From NCBI GenBank assembly GCA_951406725.2, contig OX597821.1, positions 20,336,001 to 20,400,000 of the forward strand: a DNA stretch of 64,000 nucleotides. The letters are read 5' to 3'. Shown in pieces: positions 35,804 to 51,859 of the stretch. Under the pieces are notes generated by a model. That model made no database searches, had not been told where the DNA came from, and was given only the letters and a program-made list of their open reading frames with translations. The stretch is from Octopus vulgaris. Taxonomy: Eukaryota. Made by a program: the position numbers and the translations under genes. The first letter of the stretch is position 1. Each line of letters starts with the position of its first letter.

Positions 35804-35900
35804 CATATATAGAAATAGGTTTCAAAGAAGAAAGACTACCGACTACGTTGGAGAAGCCTTGCCGCCAAATGCGCCACACGGCGCAAGAGGATCTAAAACG
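35305..35900 (-). mobile_element. Penelope-type 3' terminal fragment
   Basis: Homologous to 21160-21480 and bounded by (TA)n. Confidence 0.45.
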
Positions 35901-36427
35901 AATATATATATATTTATAATATCCAGTCAGAAACCGAATTTCTGTGAGTACAATGCCAAAGCTGGTTCTTTGTCATGGTGCGTTTTTTAGTAAGCTTCCT
36001 TTAACTCCCATCTGGTGTCATAATTTATTACTTGGCTATTTAGAATGTAATGTACAATACTGATAAAAAGGAGGATGATGAATTTGACTATTCAAGTTTA
36101 ATATTTATTTCCAGTGAGTTTATCCATGATATCTGTCCGAGAGGTGTTTCGATCGCACTAACTGCATATTGTTACATATTCATATGCAGTGATTTAAGCA
36201 TTATTAGAATGATCTCTTCAGGGAATAATATATACATAAATACATTTTTCTATTTTCTATTTACTGTTTTCTCTCTCTGTTTATTTCTGTGTTCATTTCT
36301 GTCGAAGAGCGTAGGCTAGAAACATAAAAACTTTCTCCCTTCCCGAGCCTTAAACTAATACATGTTTGTTGTTTACACACCCATCTTCGTCTTTAGTTTT
36401 TGTAAATTCTCACTATACATATGTATG

Positions 36428-36464
<37 letters not shown>

Positions 36465-36516
36465 GGGGTTAACCACAGTAAGTAGGTACTGTGTGTGTGT
36501 GTCTTCAGAAGCACTG

Positions 36517-36561
<45 letters not shown>

Positions 36562-36794
36562 ATTATATACTCACATATATATATATATATATATATACGT
36601 GTGTGTGTATATAAATATATATATATATATGATTATATACTCACATATATATATATATATGTGTGTGTGTGTGTATATAAATATATATATATATATATAT
36701 GTATTATATACTCACATATATATATATATACGTGTGTGTGCTTGTGTGTGTGTGTGTGTCTATATATCATATAAGTATGTAAATATATCCTTTT

Positions 36795-37168
36795 ATTATT
36801 TTATTTGTTTCACTCAGTTGACTCCGGCCATGCTGTCGCGCAGCCTTTTAGTCAAGCCTAATACTTACGCTATTGGTTCTTTTGCCGAACCGCTAATTTA
36901 CTGGGGACATATACACACCAAGATTGGTTGTTAAATGATGGTGAGGGACAAACACACAAACACACACAAAAACATACGCGCACATATATGAATACGACGG
37001 GCTTCTTTCAGTTTTCGTCTACCAAATACACTCACAAGGCTTTAGTTGGCCCAAGGCTATTGTTGAAGACTTGTCCAAGATGTTACGCAGTTAGACTGAA
37101 CCCGGAGCCATGATGTTGGGAGGCAGGCGTCTTACCAGCCAGCCAGCCAGCCAGCCATGCCAGCGCCT
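36795..37168 (-). mobile_element. SINE family B, diverged copy
   Basis: ttttgccgaaccgctaa..gggcttctttcagttt..actcacaaggcttt..gactgaacccggagccatg. Confidence 0.85.
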
Positions 37169-37229
37169 ATATATATATATATATCTTGGACAAGTCTTCT
37201 ACTATAGCCTTGGGCCAACTAAAGCCTAC

Positions 37230-37275
<46 letters not shown>

Positions 37276-37347
37276 ACACATACATATATATCAATGTCCA
37301 TTTGATGGAAGTGGTGTTGGTGATGCTGCTGCTGCTGCTGCTGCTAC

Positions 37348-37383
<36 letters not shown>

Positions 37384-38328
37384 CAATGATGATGTTTTCT
37401 ATTTAAGAAAACTCTGTTTCTTTTAATGGACGTTTTTTGCGTGTAAGCTTCACTATTCAAAACATCGATGCAAATCAATATGGCTGCTATACAATGATTG
37501 GCTACGTCTGAAATTTCATCTCATATTTTCTTTCCTTTCTTTCCAACTTACAGTCCGCAATTTTGTCATTTATCATCACCAAATCTGCTACAAATCGGCA
37601 AGTTATGATGTGAATATTTATTCAAGACATCAGTCATTCAAAAATAACAATTTTGATAGTGTTATTATTCATGTAAATTTCCCTAATTTATCATCTGTTC
37701 TGGTGAAGATGATGACAACGTAAACGTCGACGATTGTGGTGGTAATGATTGATTATGATGATGATGATGATGATTATGATAATGATGATTATGATGATGA
37801 TGATGATGATCATGATCATGATGATGATCATGATGGTGGCGGTAGGATTTTGGTCATGGGTGGATGTTGGCAAAAAATGTCGATGGCAGCATTATACCTG
37901 TAGTCATGTGATGTATACCTCGGTACATGCCGAAAACCAGCTGTTGTTTTACAGAGCAGGCATTTTCGTTATTTGCAGATTCTGAAAAACCCGCATAAAA
38001 ATAACTTTGAAAATTATGTCTCAAGGAACGAAACTTCCATGGGATTACGAAGCAGTTTTGTCTTCTTTATTGTTTTCATTCATTAGTCTGACTTCTATGA
38101 TTGTATGTTTAGCAGACATAAGCTTAATATGATGTTTCCATGCCTACAATGGCAATAAAGCGCAAACAATAGCTTTACCATTGAAACATTTTGATGACCT
38201 GATTGCAGAATCTATTTGTCATGTATTTCGCATACTAGGATTATTGTATGTGAATAGATATATCTGACATATAGAACTATGTAGATAGGTACTAACAAAC
38301 CTATTCATTTTACCCTATAATATTATGA

Positions 38329-38590
38329 AGGCACATATCTCAGTGGTCACAGCGGTGGGTTTGCAATCAATCATGAGGTAGTGAGTTCGATTCCCGGATT
38401 ATGTTCTTAAACAAGACACTTTATTTCACGTTGTCTCAGTTCTCTCAGCTGTAGAAATGTGCTGTGCCAAGTTGTATTTGCATTTGCTTTTCCCTCAGAT
38501 ATCATCGGAGGTGTGGATACGAGAGGCTGGTATGCATGGGCAACTGCTGGTCTCCCATAAACAAGCTTGCCTGGAATTGTGCACCCAAGA
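38329..38590 (+). mobile_element. SINE family D, diverged copy
   Basis: gagttcgattcccgg..aacaagacactttatttcacgttg..ctcagctgtagaaatg, as at 7171-7470. Confidence 0.75.
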
Positions 38591-39129
38591 TTATGGAAAA
38601 AGTGATTGTATAAATTATAAATATCCTCTCTCGTTAATATGTAAAACATATGAAAACCAGGAGATAGTTATGCTATACTGCCAAAATTAAGTCTGCGAGG
38701 CTAAGGAATTGGTGATATACTACAGATTTCCTTTGAGGTAGAACGATAACAGATACAAGAGAAAATTAATTGCTCGTGTTTATAATTTTACGACATTATT
38801 GTATTAAAACGATCGTTTATTTTCCTAAAATTCAAGACTTTTAAATGATCTTTCACATAGGACAATCTCATCCTGTAACATAAACCCCACATAGAAGCAA
38901 CCAATTGAGACAAAGCAACAGACACAATGCATGTTATAATCCACAAAATAATACAATCCATATATTTTATAAAGCATAACTGATGAAAAATAACGAGAGC
39001 CATTCACACAGCCGATATACTAAACAGCCGCAGCGAATTAATAGTACATATACCACATACGATACAACATAACCTGCTGAGACTGTCTCACGTAGTACTA
39101 ACAATACAACATATACTGAAAGTATTACT

Positions 39130-39214
39130 CACAACTACTACTACTATTGCTGCTACTACTACTCTACTATTACTACCACTACTACTACTACTATTACTAC
39201 TGCTGCTGCTGCTG

Positions 39215-39247
<33 letters not shown>

Positions 39248-39334
39248 ATAATAATAATAATAATAATAATAATAGTAATAGTAATAGTAATAGCAATAGT
39301 AATAATAATAATAATGATAATAATGATAATAATG

Positions 39335-39399
<65 letters not shown>
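39130..39399. repeat. (ACT)n/(AAT)n trinucleotide tract
   Basis: Directly visible. Confidence 0.95.
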
Positions 39400-39910
39400 T
39401 AAGGGAGTGCAGAAAGAATTTAAGTTTCGAATAGGTGAAGAAAGCATTCCAACAGTCAAGAAAGAGCCCGTCAACAGCTTGGGGCGAGTATACGCTGGAA
39501 CATTGTCAGATAGAAGTCGTGGGATTGAAATTATGAAACAGGCCAAGGCTGGGTTATCAGCGATTGATAACTCGAAGTTACCAGGTAACTATAAAATTTG
39601 ATGCTTGCAGTTCGGCTTGTACCCGCGACTTGCGTGACTACATTTAATATACGAGGGAGCATTGTCACGAGTTCAAATCATTAAAAAACGTAATGTGTTC
39701 ATTAGAAAGTGGCTAGGCCTACTTCGTATGTTGAACAGTTCAGCTCTTTATCGTAAAAGGGGTTCGCTGCAGCTACCAATAGCATCAATAGTCGAAATAT
39801 ATAAACTGGGAAAGATACGTACGGTCATGATGCTGAGAGAATCGAAGGATATGGAAATCAGGCATAACTCACCAGAGGTGAAAACAGCCAGGAAGTGGTA
39901 AGCAGAAGAA
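39400..39910 (+). pseudogene. HERO-like non-LTR retrotransposon fragment (RT thumb region)
   Basis: IPTVKKEPVNSLGRVY..IDNSKLPGNYKI*CLQFGLYPRLA*..IRKWLGL..SALYRKRGSLQLPIASIVE..RESKD..EVKTARKW matches recalled HERO motifs; contains in-frame stops. Confidence 0.75.
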
Positions 39911-40902
39911 GAAGAAGAAGATGAATTTTTAAAAATAGAAAACACTGTACAAAATCTTATGTATGTTCGTAGTGAAGAGAGATACTTTCATCCTCATAGT
40001 TGTCGGGTCACTAGGATACCTAACAAACAAATTTAAGAAATGTGTCTGAGGTATTGGAACTAGCATGAGGGCAAAACATACTCGAAACCCTGCTCTATTG
40101 GAGACAGCAAGGATTTCGAGTTTGGTATTTGGGTGTTAAGTATGCCAGAAAGAAACCCTACGAAACATTCGACAGCAGTTTGCTGTTCGGTCTCATAGAA
40201 GTTACCGGAGTAATTAAAATCGAGAGCACTGAGAAGTAAGATGATGATGATGATGGTGATGATGGTGATGATGATGATGATGATGAATAACAATAAAAAA
40301 AATATTGACACTTAGGCACTATCCCAAAAACTTTTCGAGAAGGAAGAATCGATTATATTGTCCCCAGTTCTTGAAAGACAAAGTCACTTATGTTCTCTCT
40401 GAATGACGAAACACCAAACTGATATTGGCATGAAATTTCTAATAGAAAATGAATTATGATATATGTATTTATTTACGTTTGTGTATGTCTGTGTTTGTAT
40501 GTGCGTGAATATACATAAACACATATATATGTATGTGTGTGTGTGTGTGCATGCTTATTTGACCGAAATTCACAGAATTAAAACCAATGCCAAATAACAT
40601 ATGAAATATGTACAACGTTAAAGGAGGATATAAAAAAAGACAGTTGGACACTTAAAACGAAATATTGGTAGAAACTAAACAACAAATTATTATATAATAA
40701 AGCAAGTCTGTCCACCTCGAAATTTAGCTGCAGTAAATTGCTGCAATGTTTTAAACAGTAATTCTGCGAAATTTCTGGCAGCGAAAAATGCGGGGAAATA
40801 ATGGACATCAAATAAAAAATACCACACACATTGGCATGCTTTATTGCTTAATGTGCGTCAGCATGTATGAGTGCATTTATATATACATACACACACGCAT
40901 AC

Positions 40903-40949
<47 letters not shown>

Positions 40950-41259
40950 TAAATATAAGGGTAGCAAAAAATTCTCTGCTACCAGCGGTTTAGTGAGAAA
41001 GGAAAGATAGTCAAAGACTATATACCATACATTCAACAATATAAGGAATGGCCATAATAGGACATTCGACTCACTAGAAAGAGCAGCCAAACTCAAACCG
41101 CTAAATAGTTGTAATTCTGAAATTGAAAGAGAAATAAAAACATTTACCCCTTTCATCTCTGGACTATGCATAGTTTCGACAAACTTTGTAACCAAATTAA
41201 TTAAATTTAATTTAAATTTAAATTTAATTTAATTGAATCAATTTGTTTACCAAAGTTTG

Positions 41260-41321
<62 letters not shown>

Positions 41322-41329
41322 ACCGAATT

Positions 41330-42520
41330 ACATAGAAATATCTTGAAATACTAAAGAGTAAATTTATTCAACAAAATTGCCATTGGCTTTAACCACGGAC
41401 TCCATACGACTTCGAAATCTCCTGCATCTCTTCACAACTGTCTCCTTGATTAAGTTGCTGAATGCTCTTATAATGCTGGCCTTCAGTTAATCTTTGATGT
41501 TACAAGGCGTTTTGCTGGCCTCTTACTCAACTGCGCCTCACAAATAATAAACAAAGGGGTTGCCGTCTGTGGAGTCAACTGACCAGATGTTAAGTGTGAT
41601 GTGGTCGTAGAAACCGTCTGACAGCCATCACTGGGTTCCGCTCGTGTGGCATGGTGCAGAGTCTTGGTGACATAAGGTCTTCCTGCAGCCACCCTCTTGA
41701 CCAAGGGTAGCACTAGCTCATCCAGGCATTTGATGTAGGCCTCTGTGTTGAGTCTTAGGCTCTGTGGGAATATAAATGGAGGCATAACGTCGCCATCACT
41801 AGTGGTCACTCGAAACACCACGATGTTGACTGGATGTTTGATTTTTATCATTCTCAGTACATGTTTTGATGATACGTCAAGCCAACGGTTGTTCTATGTG
41901 TTCACTATCTGATCCCTGCAGAAAAAAAGAAATCCAAAGCATGTTCGGTTGGAAGGGATGCTTGAGTTTGTTTAAAAGCTTCGTAGCTTGATCTTTCCTC
42001 TTTTCCTTGATGGCTTGGGATAAAAATTGGTTCTTTCTTATCATGTATGAGGAATACCGAATGTCTTTATGCACTACTTATGTGATAAGAAATTCAGACT
42101 CTCACATGTCACTGGCGATGGACCTGAATGACTGGGAGGGATCGTTGTCAATCATGGTCTCGATCCCACAAACGAATTCAGGAGTTCTTCTCTTATCAGA
42201 ACGATCAAAATGAGTTTTTCGAGCTGCCAATCATCATTAGACTCATCCAAGTTTTTCCAAATCCTCTGCACTGTCCTTAGATTCACAAAAAACAATCACT
42301 CTGAAATGTTAGTATTGGAGCTTCCGGCGCGAATACCAAGCGAGACGGCATATCATTTCTAAATTTCTTGCAAAGTGTCTTGGGTCATGGTGCTGTTTTT
42401 TTTTCAGACGGTACCCAACTGTACTCAGTATACCGCGGCGTCTACAAAATCAAAAATAAAAAATGCGCATGCGAGAAAACAAAACTATCATGTGTGACGA
42501 TTTACCCATGGTACTCTTTA
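41330..42520 (-). mobile_element. Decayed Tc1/mariner (probably maT/DD37D-type) DNA transposon
   Basis: KRKDQATKLLNKLKHP..; KHPVNIVVFRVTTSDGDVMPPFIFPQSLRLNTEAYIKCLDELVLPLVK; frameshifted QDSAPCH and TPQTATPL (the WPPNSPDCNP region out of frame). Confidence 0.85.
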
Positions 42521-44304
42521 TGTATGTGTGTGTGTATATCTCTGTCTCTGCTTAACCAAAATATGTACATTTGGGTACTTTTAGAAATAAGTGTACCTCA
42601 TGTCTACTCGGTTTGAAAATAGGCGATTTTTTTCTACAATGGGACATAGAATAGGTAAGGGAGAAGATGAGAAGGGAGAGAGAGAGAGAGAGAGAGAGAA
42701 AGATAAAAGAGACAGACAAGCACAGAAGGAGGGGGTTTTAGGGAAGGAGAGTATGGGAGGATCGTCTTGAGTACACGACTGGAACTTTCGTTTTTAACTC
42801 TAAGTTGATGGAAGTAGAATTTGACCTCGGCAGGATTTCAGCTCATAAAGCAGAGTGACAGACACATCATTTGTAAGACTATGCATCCGGTTCTCTAACG
42901 ACTCGAGTAGTTTGGTATCTAATCCCTAGAAAATGATTCTAAAATCGTTGGATTCTTGGTTAATGGATTAGCAGTTCATATATCATTTAAGGATGAAATT
43001 AAAGGGCATGCATCTCTTCCTTTGTATTTTTAATCTAGGAGGGATTAATTATAATGTTCATACCGAAATATATTGTATCTGATATATTTAAATAATTGAT
43101 TTTTTTAGATTATTGCCGTCTTTGTGACTCGGTGTATACATTAGTATATCGTATTTAGATATACAGAAGTAGATGGAAATACCTTCTCTTTCTTTCTAAA
43201 ATATATCTTTTTATAGTTAGTTTGATTGCCATGTTCATCGTTGCCGGCCTGTAAAAATTCAGTTTGTATTATGTAATTCGGATTTTACACTTATTAAACA
43301 ACGGTTGTTCGCCTATTTGACCACGTATTATGCTACTGGGCTTGACAATAGATGCCACAGTCGAAAAACAAAATAACGTATTTGTGTTTTGTAATAGCAC
43401 GGAAGATAAAATGTATATAATTTGCTGTGGATATATTACTGAATTACATGAATATATATAGACAACAAAGAAGTATTCATATCCCACTCTCAATCAAAGT
43501 GATATCCAGTTAGAGGCCAGGAATATATATAGTATCAAGTCCAGATACATCATCCCTATCAACAGTGCCGCCCCTTACACTTGCCTATCATACAACATCG
43601 GCACCGTCAGTAGAATTTCGGCAGAACCATTAGCATCGCACATATTGCCGCTACCAACAACTTCTATATCCCCACCACAATCAATACAAAAGACTGCAAT
43701 AAACAGACACGCAAACCCTACCACCAAAATTACCCATCCATAGTCACAACAGCATTACTACCACCATTAACCCTTCTGTCACAATCCTATAAACAATCAA
43801 TAAACTCCCTATTATTAACATCAATGCAACCAAAGTCAGCACCACCATGGCCACCACAGCAATAACATGTCCTCACTGTCAGATATGTATATACGACAGA
43901 TACGGAATCCGTGAAACGGGTGAAAAGATTTCAGTCAACATATTCAGATATTAGTTACAGAATTGTCTTTAAACAAGATTATGTAGATTATATGCAAATT
44001 GCTGGAGCATTTTAATGCCATCTTTATAAGTTCTTTTGATCTGGGTTTCGGAAAGGAATGCAATAATTGATCGGGTTGTGTTAAGCAAAGGTTTGAAGTA
44101 GAAAAGATGTTTCACGCAATCTACAACATACCCAGGTCACATGCAATCAACAGCGTTCCAATATATGTATAAATATGTATAATATGTGTGTATTATATAC
44201 ATATATACATACACACGCACTCACATACACACACACATACACACACACATATATAGTACTTAAATATAAATATATGTATGCATGTACGTATATGTATATG
44301 TATA

Positions 44305-44392
<88 letters not shown>

Positions 44393-45956
44393 AAGTACAT
44401 CATGTTTGTTTTTCCAGTGCAATATCTATGAGAATTCAATTGACCTAAATGAGGCTAGATCGATAATGTTTAAATTTATTATGTATCTGAATCGAAATGA
44501 AATATCAAATAAAGCATAAATAGTAAAATATAATTCATTCCAACTTTTATCTCTACGGGATTGTTAATTTAATAATTTATCGTTTTAGAGTTGTGTACAA
44601 CAAACCAAAAGAGTTTCAAGGATTTCGCATGTTCCCCTAAAGCCACTCTAATGGCATTGGTACGTAGCACTCAAATATCCCAGTAAACAAAATAAATCAG
44701 TCACACCCTCACCACTTTTCTCTAAAGTCTTGTTTTATGATGCTCCTTAATTTCATTGTCAAATTAAACTGACTCGTACGAAATTCATCTCAAATTTATT
44801 TGTCTGTCATGTTAGATATTGCCATGTTTCTTTTACGTCTCTGGGCTTGAGATATCTAGCCTGTGAGTATTCATACCCAAGAGCTGTCAATAATCATCAA
44901 GACGTTTCCCATACAAACAAAGTCCATGTCTATGATTTAGTAAAGTTCACAAAATTATTTAACAACCTTTATTCCCTCATTTCTCTATAATACAATAGCA
45001 AAATTTATTTCCAGGCATCAGCAACGCTCACTCTTACGGAGAACATACACCCTTCGTACATTCTTAAATATTCGCTCGAATACAATGAAACAGATCAGCT
45101 AAAATATACATTTATTCCATCAATAGATATTGAAAAAACATCCTCGAATATTTTTATTCCAGCATGAATAAAAATCAGAAAACAAATGCCCAAACTACCA
45201 CACATATGAAAAGCCTATCCACCTAGACATTAACAGTATACCATTAAAACTGGTGATTGCTTTAAGTGTCAAACTTTGCCGTCCCTGAGAATATTTCTTA
45301 GTGAAGAACAATAGCAATACTATTAACAGTGCATAACAAAGTAAAGAAATTAAATATTATATCCCTTTAGAGCCAAACATTATCACAGTCTAAAACAACG
45401 TCTTAGTCTATACAGAGATATGATGAGACACTCGACCGGACACTACTCATATATTTAGAACGATACAGCACTCCCAGACACCTTAGGCAGAATTGTGGTG
45501 GTTCTAGACTAATTCCACCGCAACTCAAGTATTCCGAAACACTCGCCCACACACCTTCAAAAACAGACTGTCCTTCATCTCTCTCAAGTCCCTGCTAACC
45601 AATATATTCAGTGTTTCCCAGACAGAATATAATAACTTTCGAAATTACTTCCTGGCGGTATTTTTGGTGCAGCCGTTGCATGAAGCATTTTGATCGTAAC
45701 ATTACCGATATACATTTTGGTGACAGATCAAAAAAAAACCTTCGTTTCTTATTTTAGGTCCAGTCTACGCAGGGGTAAATAATATATAGCCATCTCGGTA
45801 TTCCGAACAAGAAATTTGCTTGATAGTCAGAAAAGGGATACTATCTGTAAAACGATCTGAGTATAAGAGATAACCGATACAGTTATTCACGAAATTTGTA
45901 CACATACAGGTACACACATGCACACAAACAAATTGAAACCACACAAAAGTACAAAA

Positions 45957-46008
<52 letters not shown>

Positions 46009-46009
46009 C

Positions 46010-46080
<71 letters not shown>

Positions 46081-46081
<1 letters not shown>

Positions 46082-46460
46082 CGCAATGGCCCAGTGGTTA
46101 GGGCAGCGGACTCGCTGTCGTAGAATCGTGGTTTCGATTCCCAGACCGGGCGTTGCGAGTGTTTATTGAGCGAAAACACCTAAAGCTCCACGAGGCTCCG
46201 GCAGGGGATGGTGGTGATCCCTGCTGTACTCTTTCACCACAACTGTCTCTCACTCTTACTTCCTGTTTCTGTTGTACCTGTATTTCAAGGGGCCGGCCTT
46301 GTTACTCTCTGTGTCACGCTGAATATCCTCGAGAACTACGTTAAGGGTACACGTGTCTGTGGAGTGCTCAGCCACTTACACGTTAATTTCACGAGCAGGC
46401 TGTTCCGTTGATTCGGATCAACCGGAACCCTCATCGTCGTAACCGACGGAGTGCTTCCAT
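46081..46460 (+). mobile_element. tRNA-derived SINE family C
   Basis: Head gcaatggcccagtggttagggcagcggactc..ggtttcgattccc; highly similar to 63245-63620. Confidence 0.9.
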
Positions 46461-46510
<50 letters not shown>

Positions 46511-47354
46511 AGACTTGTTTTATTTATATTCCTGAGCCCCATTCTAATACAATTGTTTGTTTGTATTCCACTTGCCTTCGTCTTTTGTTTATTTTCATAA
46601 AGCTTCCCGTTATATATATATATATATGTAGATATAGATATATACATGAATACATATATATATACACATATAAATACACATATATATTCATATATGTATG
46701 TACTTATGTATGTATCTATACATACCTTTACATGTGTACGTATATGTATGAATACAACTGTTCTTTAAATACGTATTAAGAATAAGGTAACTTATAGTTT
46801 ATGTTCTTTAATTCTTGTGAGTTATTTGCATTTTGTTAAGGAGTATTCACAAATTTTATGAGCCTCATTCCCTCTCACCCACCGGATGGAATGGTGGGGC
46901 TAAGTGTGCACATTAACGCTTTTGCAATATTAAATTTATAACTCAGTATTATCATCTTTTTGCAACTAATATGTAATATAAGAGGGTTTACTTTAGCATT
47001 ATGATGTGCAATTAGTTTTGCTTCCATCACTGATCACCTGTTTTTGTGGGAGTTCTGTATACTATACATGTGATGTTTGCTCATGTTTTCTTCTGTACTT
47101 AACTTTTATGTCATGTGATGTTATGCATAAACACTGCTCCTTGATGTAAGCTTACTGGTAAGCTGGCAGTAAAGTCATATAATTACATGGCCAATGTATT
47201 TGGGATTCATAAATCACGTTGGTCATTAGGAGCTTGTTTGCCTATTTACATGTTTTTGTTTCGTATTTGATGAGGGGATTATGAATTCAAGTATTTTCTA
47301 GTACATTATTAGAGTTAGCTTATGGGATTACCTGCAAATATATTTTGTGTTTCG

Positions 47355-47389
<35 letters not shown>

Positions 47390-47413
47390 CTTTTCACATA
47401 CACATTCACACAA

Positions 47414-47544
<131 letters not shown>

Positions 47545-48960
47545 CATGTGCTTGTGCGTTTGGCTACATGTCTGTATGCATTTGAAAGTATCACTTTATG
47601 TGTGTACTCAGATGTCTTTACAAGGTATATGATAGAATGTGATAGAACTGGGATCATTCCTTGTAAAAACCAATCCTATTTAATAACCATAACCCAGAAT
47701 TTATGTGATACATTTATCCGCTTGATGTGGTTGATAGTAAAAGATGAAACCTGCAATGGTTTAATTAAGAAATTAATGGTCGTTTGTCGGATATTCACCG
47801 TGTTCGCGCTATTCCAGGAAGGAATGGCGAAATTCGTATAAATCTACACCGAAATTCTTATTTAATAAAATCCTTGCTAATTTACAGGACAACACCTCTC
47901 ACTAGAACCATTTCAATCAACCATTTGGCGAATATTTGCTGTAATTCTTCGTTATTAATGGTTGGGAATAAAAAGTCATAAAACTGTCTCTTTGTGCAAT
48001 AGTGATTACAGAAAGAGTAGAAGAATGAGTATGGAACAGAGAAGGGTAAGAAGAGAAAGAGAGTAAGGATGTTAGAGTATCAGGTGGATATAGTGAGTTA
48101 CAGGGAAGAGAAAGGTTATTTAAAAGTATTAAATATAGATTAATGCATATATCTATAGAGATATAGAGAGAGGAGAGATAGAAAAACGGAGATATATTAA
48201 GGAGACTGCAGAAGTACAGTGAGATATCATGAGTGAATGAGGTGGGGAAGACCGAGTATAACGAGGTGTGTAGGTAAGAAAGAAATTTAAAGTAAAATTG
48301 GAGTAAAAATATAAAAGAAACAAATAAAGTTGTTTAGATGTAATGACAGAGGGGAAGAAAAGGAGATAGAAGATTAGGGGAGCATTAAAGGGAAAAGCAA
48401 GGAAGAATGCTAAAATAGGAGGGAAACTAAAAATTCAGTAACATAACAACCTATAAAGAAAGGGAACCGAAAGATGAAACAAGTAGGGAAAGAAAAAGAA
48501 TGGAAAAGAAAACTGAGGAGCATAGAGAATGGAAGATATACTAAACGAAATAAAGAACTGTAAAGGAGAGGCAGAAAAACAGAGAGGAGAGAGAGAGAGA
48601 TAAAGACCGGAGATATCTTATCTTAAATATCTATTAATCTCTAGAATTGCACAGACGGGTTGTTAGAGATAAATTCCCAATGTAATATATAATATCTTCC
48701 AGAGCCAGGATATTAAAATGTGCTGCAGAATATATCACCCAGTTTATACGATATACATCACACATATTATTCCCCAGAACCAGGAGATATGTATGTATAT
48801 ATATATATATATATATACACATACACACACATATATATGTATATGTGTGTGTGTGTGTGTGTGTATATATATTCATATGACGATATTATTGTTTAATAGT
48901 AGTATTTTTGACATTTATTATGATTATCTAATGAATGTTACAGTTGTTTATATATACGAA

Positions 48961-49116
48961 TGTGTGTTAAGAAGCTTGCTTCCCAACCACATCGATTCTG
49001 GTTCAGTCCCACTGCGTCGTGTCTTGATCAAGTATCTTCTACTGGAGCCTCGGTCCTACCAAAGTTTTCTGGGTGGATTTAGTAGACATAATCTGTAAGA
49101 ACCCGTCGTGTGTGCT

Positions 49117-49210
<94 letters not shown>

Positions 49211-49425
49211 TGTGTGTGTGTGTTTGTGAGTGTGTTTGGGTCTGCACTTGTCCCTCCATCACTGCCTGATCATCGGTATTGGTGTGTTTATGTCTCCCTA
49301 ACTAACGGTTCCATAAAAGAGTTCGATAGAATAAGTACTAAGCTTCGACTAAAATCGTCCAGGGCAGTCTTCCAGCATGGCCGAAGTCAAATGACTGAAA
49401 GAAGTAAAAGACTAAGAGAAGAAAA
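48961..49425 (+). mobile_element. SINE family B, diverged, with expanded internal (TG)n
   Basis: aagaagcttgcttcccaaccac..ggttcagtcccactgcg..ccagcatggccgaagtcaaatgactgaaa. Confidence 0.85.
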
Positions 49426-49939
49426 GAATATATAACTTCGTCCAGAAGCTATGTCTTACATTTTGTCTTGAATATTTTTCCTGTACTTATTCATTCTAAT
49501 ATGTGCTTTTCCTTATAACAATAGCTACACCTCTATTGACGGGCACTGCTGTCCTCCATAGACGCTAACTTGTTATAGATTCACTTTCCTTTATTGCTTC
49601 CTTATTACGAGATGAGTTCTGTTGATTAACTTCACTAATAGAAGTTATATCCAATTTACATGCTCATGTAACAATAGTATTTATTTTTCGAATGTTCATG
49701 TACACATCTGGTTAAATTATTTATAACGATTTGTCTGAATGTTTGTGATAGAATCATAATATCTTATGTTGTTGGTGGTGGAGCAATTGACATTGCTCTA
49801 CATTCCCATGACATTGCCCTTGTACAATACTCAAGTGTGGAGCTGCCAATTATCCCATGAAGTTTTCCAGGATAAATAAATCATATCACAAATCTTCATC
49901 GAACATATGGCTTCACTTCTTTATTTTTGCTCAATAGGA

Positions 49940-50528
49940 CTTACCATGGAAGTAGACAAAATTATTAACATGAAGGACGGTTCAGAATACTTGATTCTTG
50001 TTTTTTTTTGTCTCCAGAAGTGTGCAACTATTTGTAGCTGCTAAATTTAATGACACTGCTCTGGCACATTTTTATAACATTTTGAAAGGACTTCACTTAA
50101 TATGTTTCAAATGAAACGACCTGCAGGTGTGAAAAATGAAGGAAAAAGCGCAAAATTAAGCGGAGACAAAAACGCTAGAAATTGTTCTTCCTGAATTCTT
50201 AATGGAATGATAATATTCTTCCAAGCTGTGATCCACCTCCCCACTCGATCATCTTCTTTGAATAAATCATCCCATCTTTCAGGTAATTAAATTAATAAAA
50301 TCAGTTTACGTACTTCTTTCGCATTCTCTTTTTTATTATTGTTATTTTACTTTTAACTACACATTTTCTGTGTTAAAACGCATGAAAAATTATTTTTGGG
50401 TGGTTTGCGGGGACTGGAACAGATTAATTATATTTTGGTTTATTTCAGTGAAAAATTGATTTGTAAAACGAATAAAGAGTAAAACAAGCTCGGTCATGGA
50501 ACGAATTAAACGCGTACTGCGAGGTATC

Positions 50529-50532
<4 letters not shown>
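49940..50532 (+). mobile_element. Pogo/Tigger-like transposon 3' remnant
   Basis: Ends in ggaacgaattaaacgcgtactgcgaggtatcac, resembling Tigger-type TIRs as recalled. Confidence 0.4.
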
Positions 50533-50589
<57 letters not shown>

Positions 50590-50592
<3 letters not shown>

Positions 50593-50800
50593 ACAGGAAG
50601 TTTTACGAAAATAAACAAAAGACGAAGGCAGGTGGAATACAAACAAACAATTGTAGTAGTATGGCGCTCAGGAATATAAATAAAACAAGTCTTTTACGTT
50701 TCGAGCCTACGCTCTTCAACAGAGAGATACACAGAAAAGAAACAAGGAGAGAAACAAGGAGAGAAAAAAATGCGTGCAGGAGCTAACGAATCAACATGAT
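50590..50800 (-). mobile_element. Solo Penelope terminal repeat with variant hammerhead (50690-50727)
   Basis: Minus strand reads UCUCU-CUGUUGA-A-GAGC(GUAG)GCUC-GAAAC-GUA/AAAGA. Related fragments lie at 36250-36415 (+) and 46505-46612 (+). Confidence 0.55.
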
Positions 50801-51078
50801 ATATATAACCATGGTCTAACCATGGTCTAGGAACTAATTTAGATGGTAAATGTTTTAAATTTTCATTCCTTTACAGAATTTATCCCTAATTAGTGGTTTG
50901 AGATTTTCTACCGCTCTTTCTAGCACAAGGCTTTCCTATTTGGAAGCCTGTTAATGTATTTTAATGTACGCGATATTTTTATGTGAATAATATATAGTCT
51001 ATTGACTAATTTTTTTGTGCTAGGCCACTGGTAATAATAATTTCTATAATTCTTATTACTCAAATATTATTTATGTTG

Positions 51079-51675
<597 letters not shown>

Positions 51676-51855
51676 CTTCAGTTATCCGGATTAACTGAAG
51701 AGATGGTGGCGTGGATTTCCACCTCGGCATCCGAAACTCGGAGTTTTATCTTAGCTACCGAATAATTTTCACATATTACATTTACAGATAAATTCCTCTA
51801 TTTACATAATATCGAAGTCTCTTTCTTTCGTTTGTTATCTTACCGTTTTTATCAA
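51676..51855 (+). mobile_element. Penelope terminal-repeat fragment with hammerhead-like motif (51688-51751) and short inverted 5' junction
   Basis: GGAUUAA-CUGAAGA-GAUG..CAUCC-GAAA-CUCGGA-GUU/UUAUCU. It begins with the fold-back cttcagtta-tccggat-taactgaag. Confidence 0.5.
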
Positions 51856-51859
51856 TATA

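Noticed and set aside
34880-38000. Candidate small minus-strand exons at ~34880-35005 and ~37890-37985
   Set aside because: Splice-like signals exist, but they do not join into a coherent frame and no homology is recognisable.
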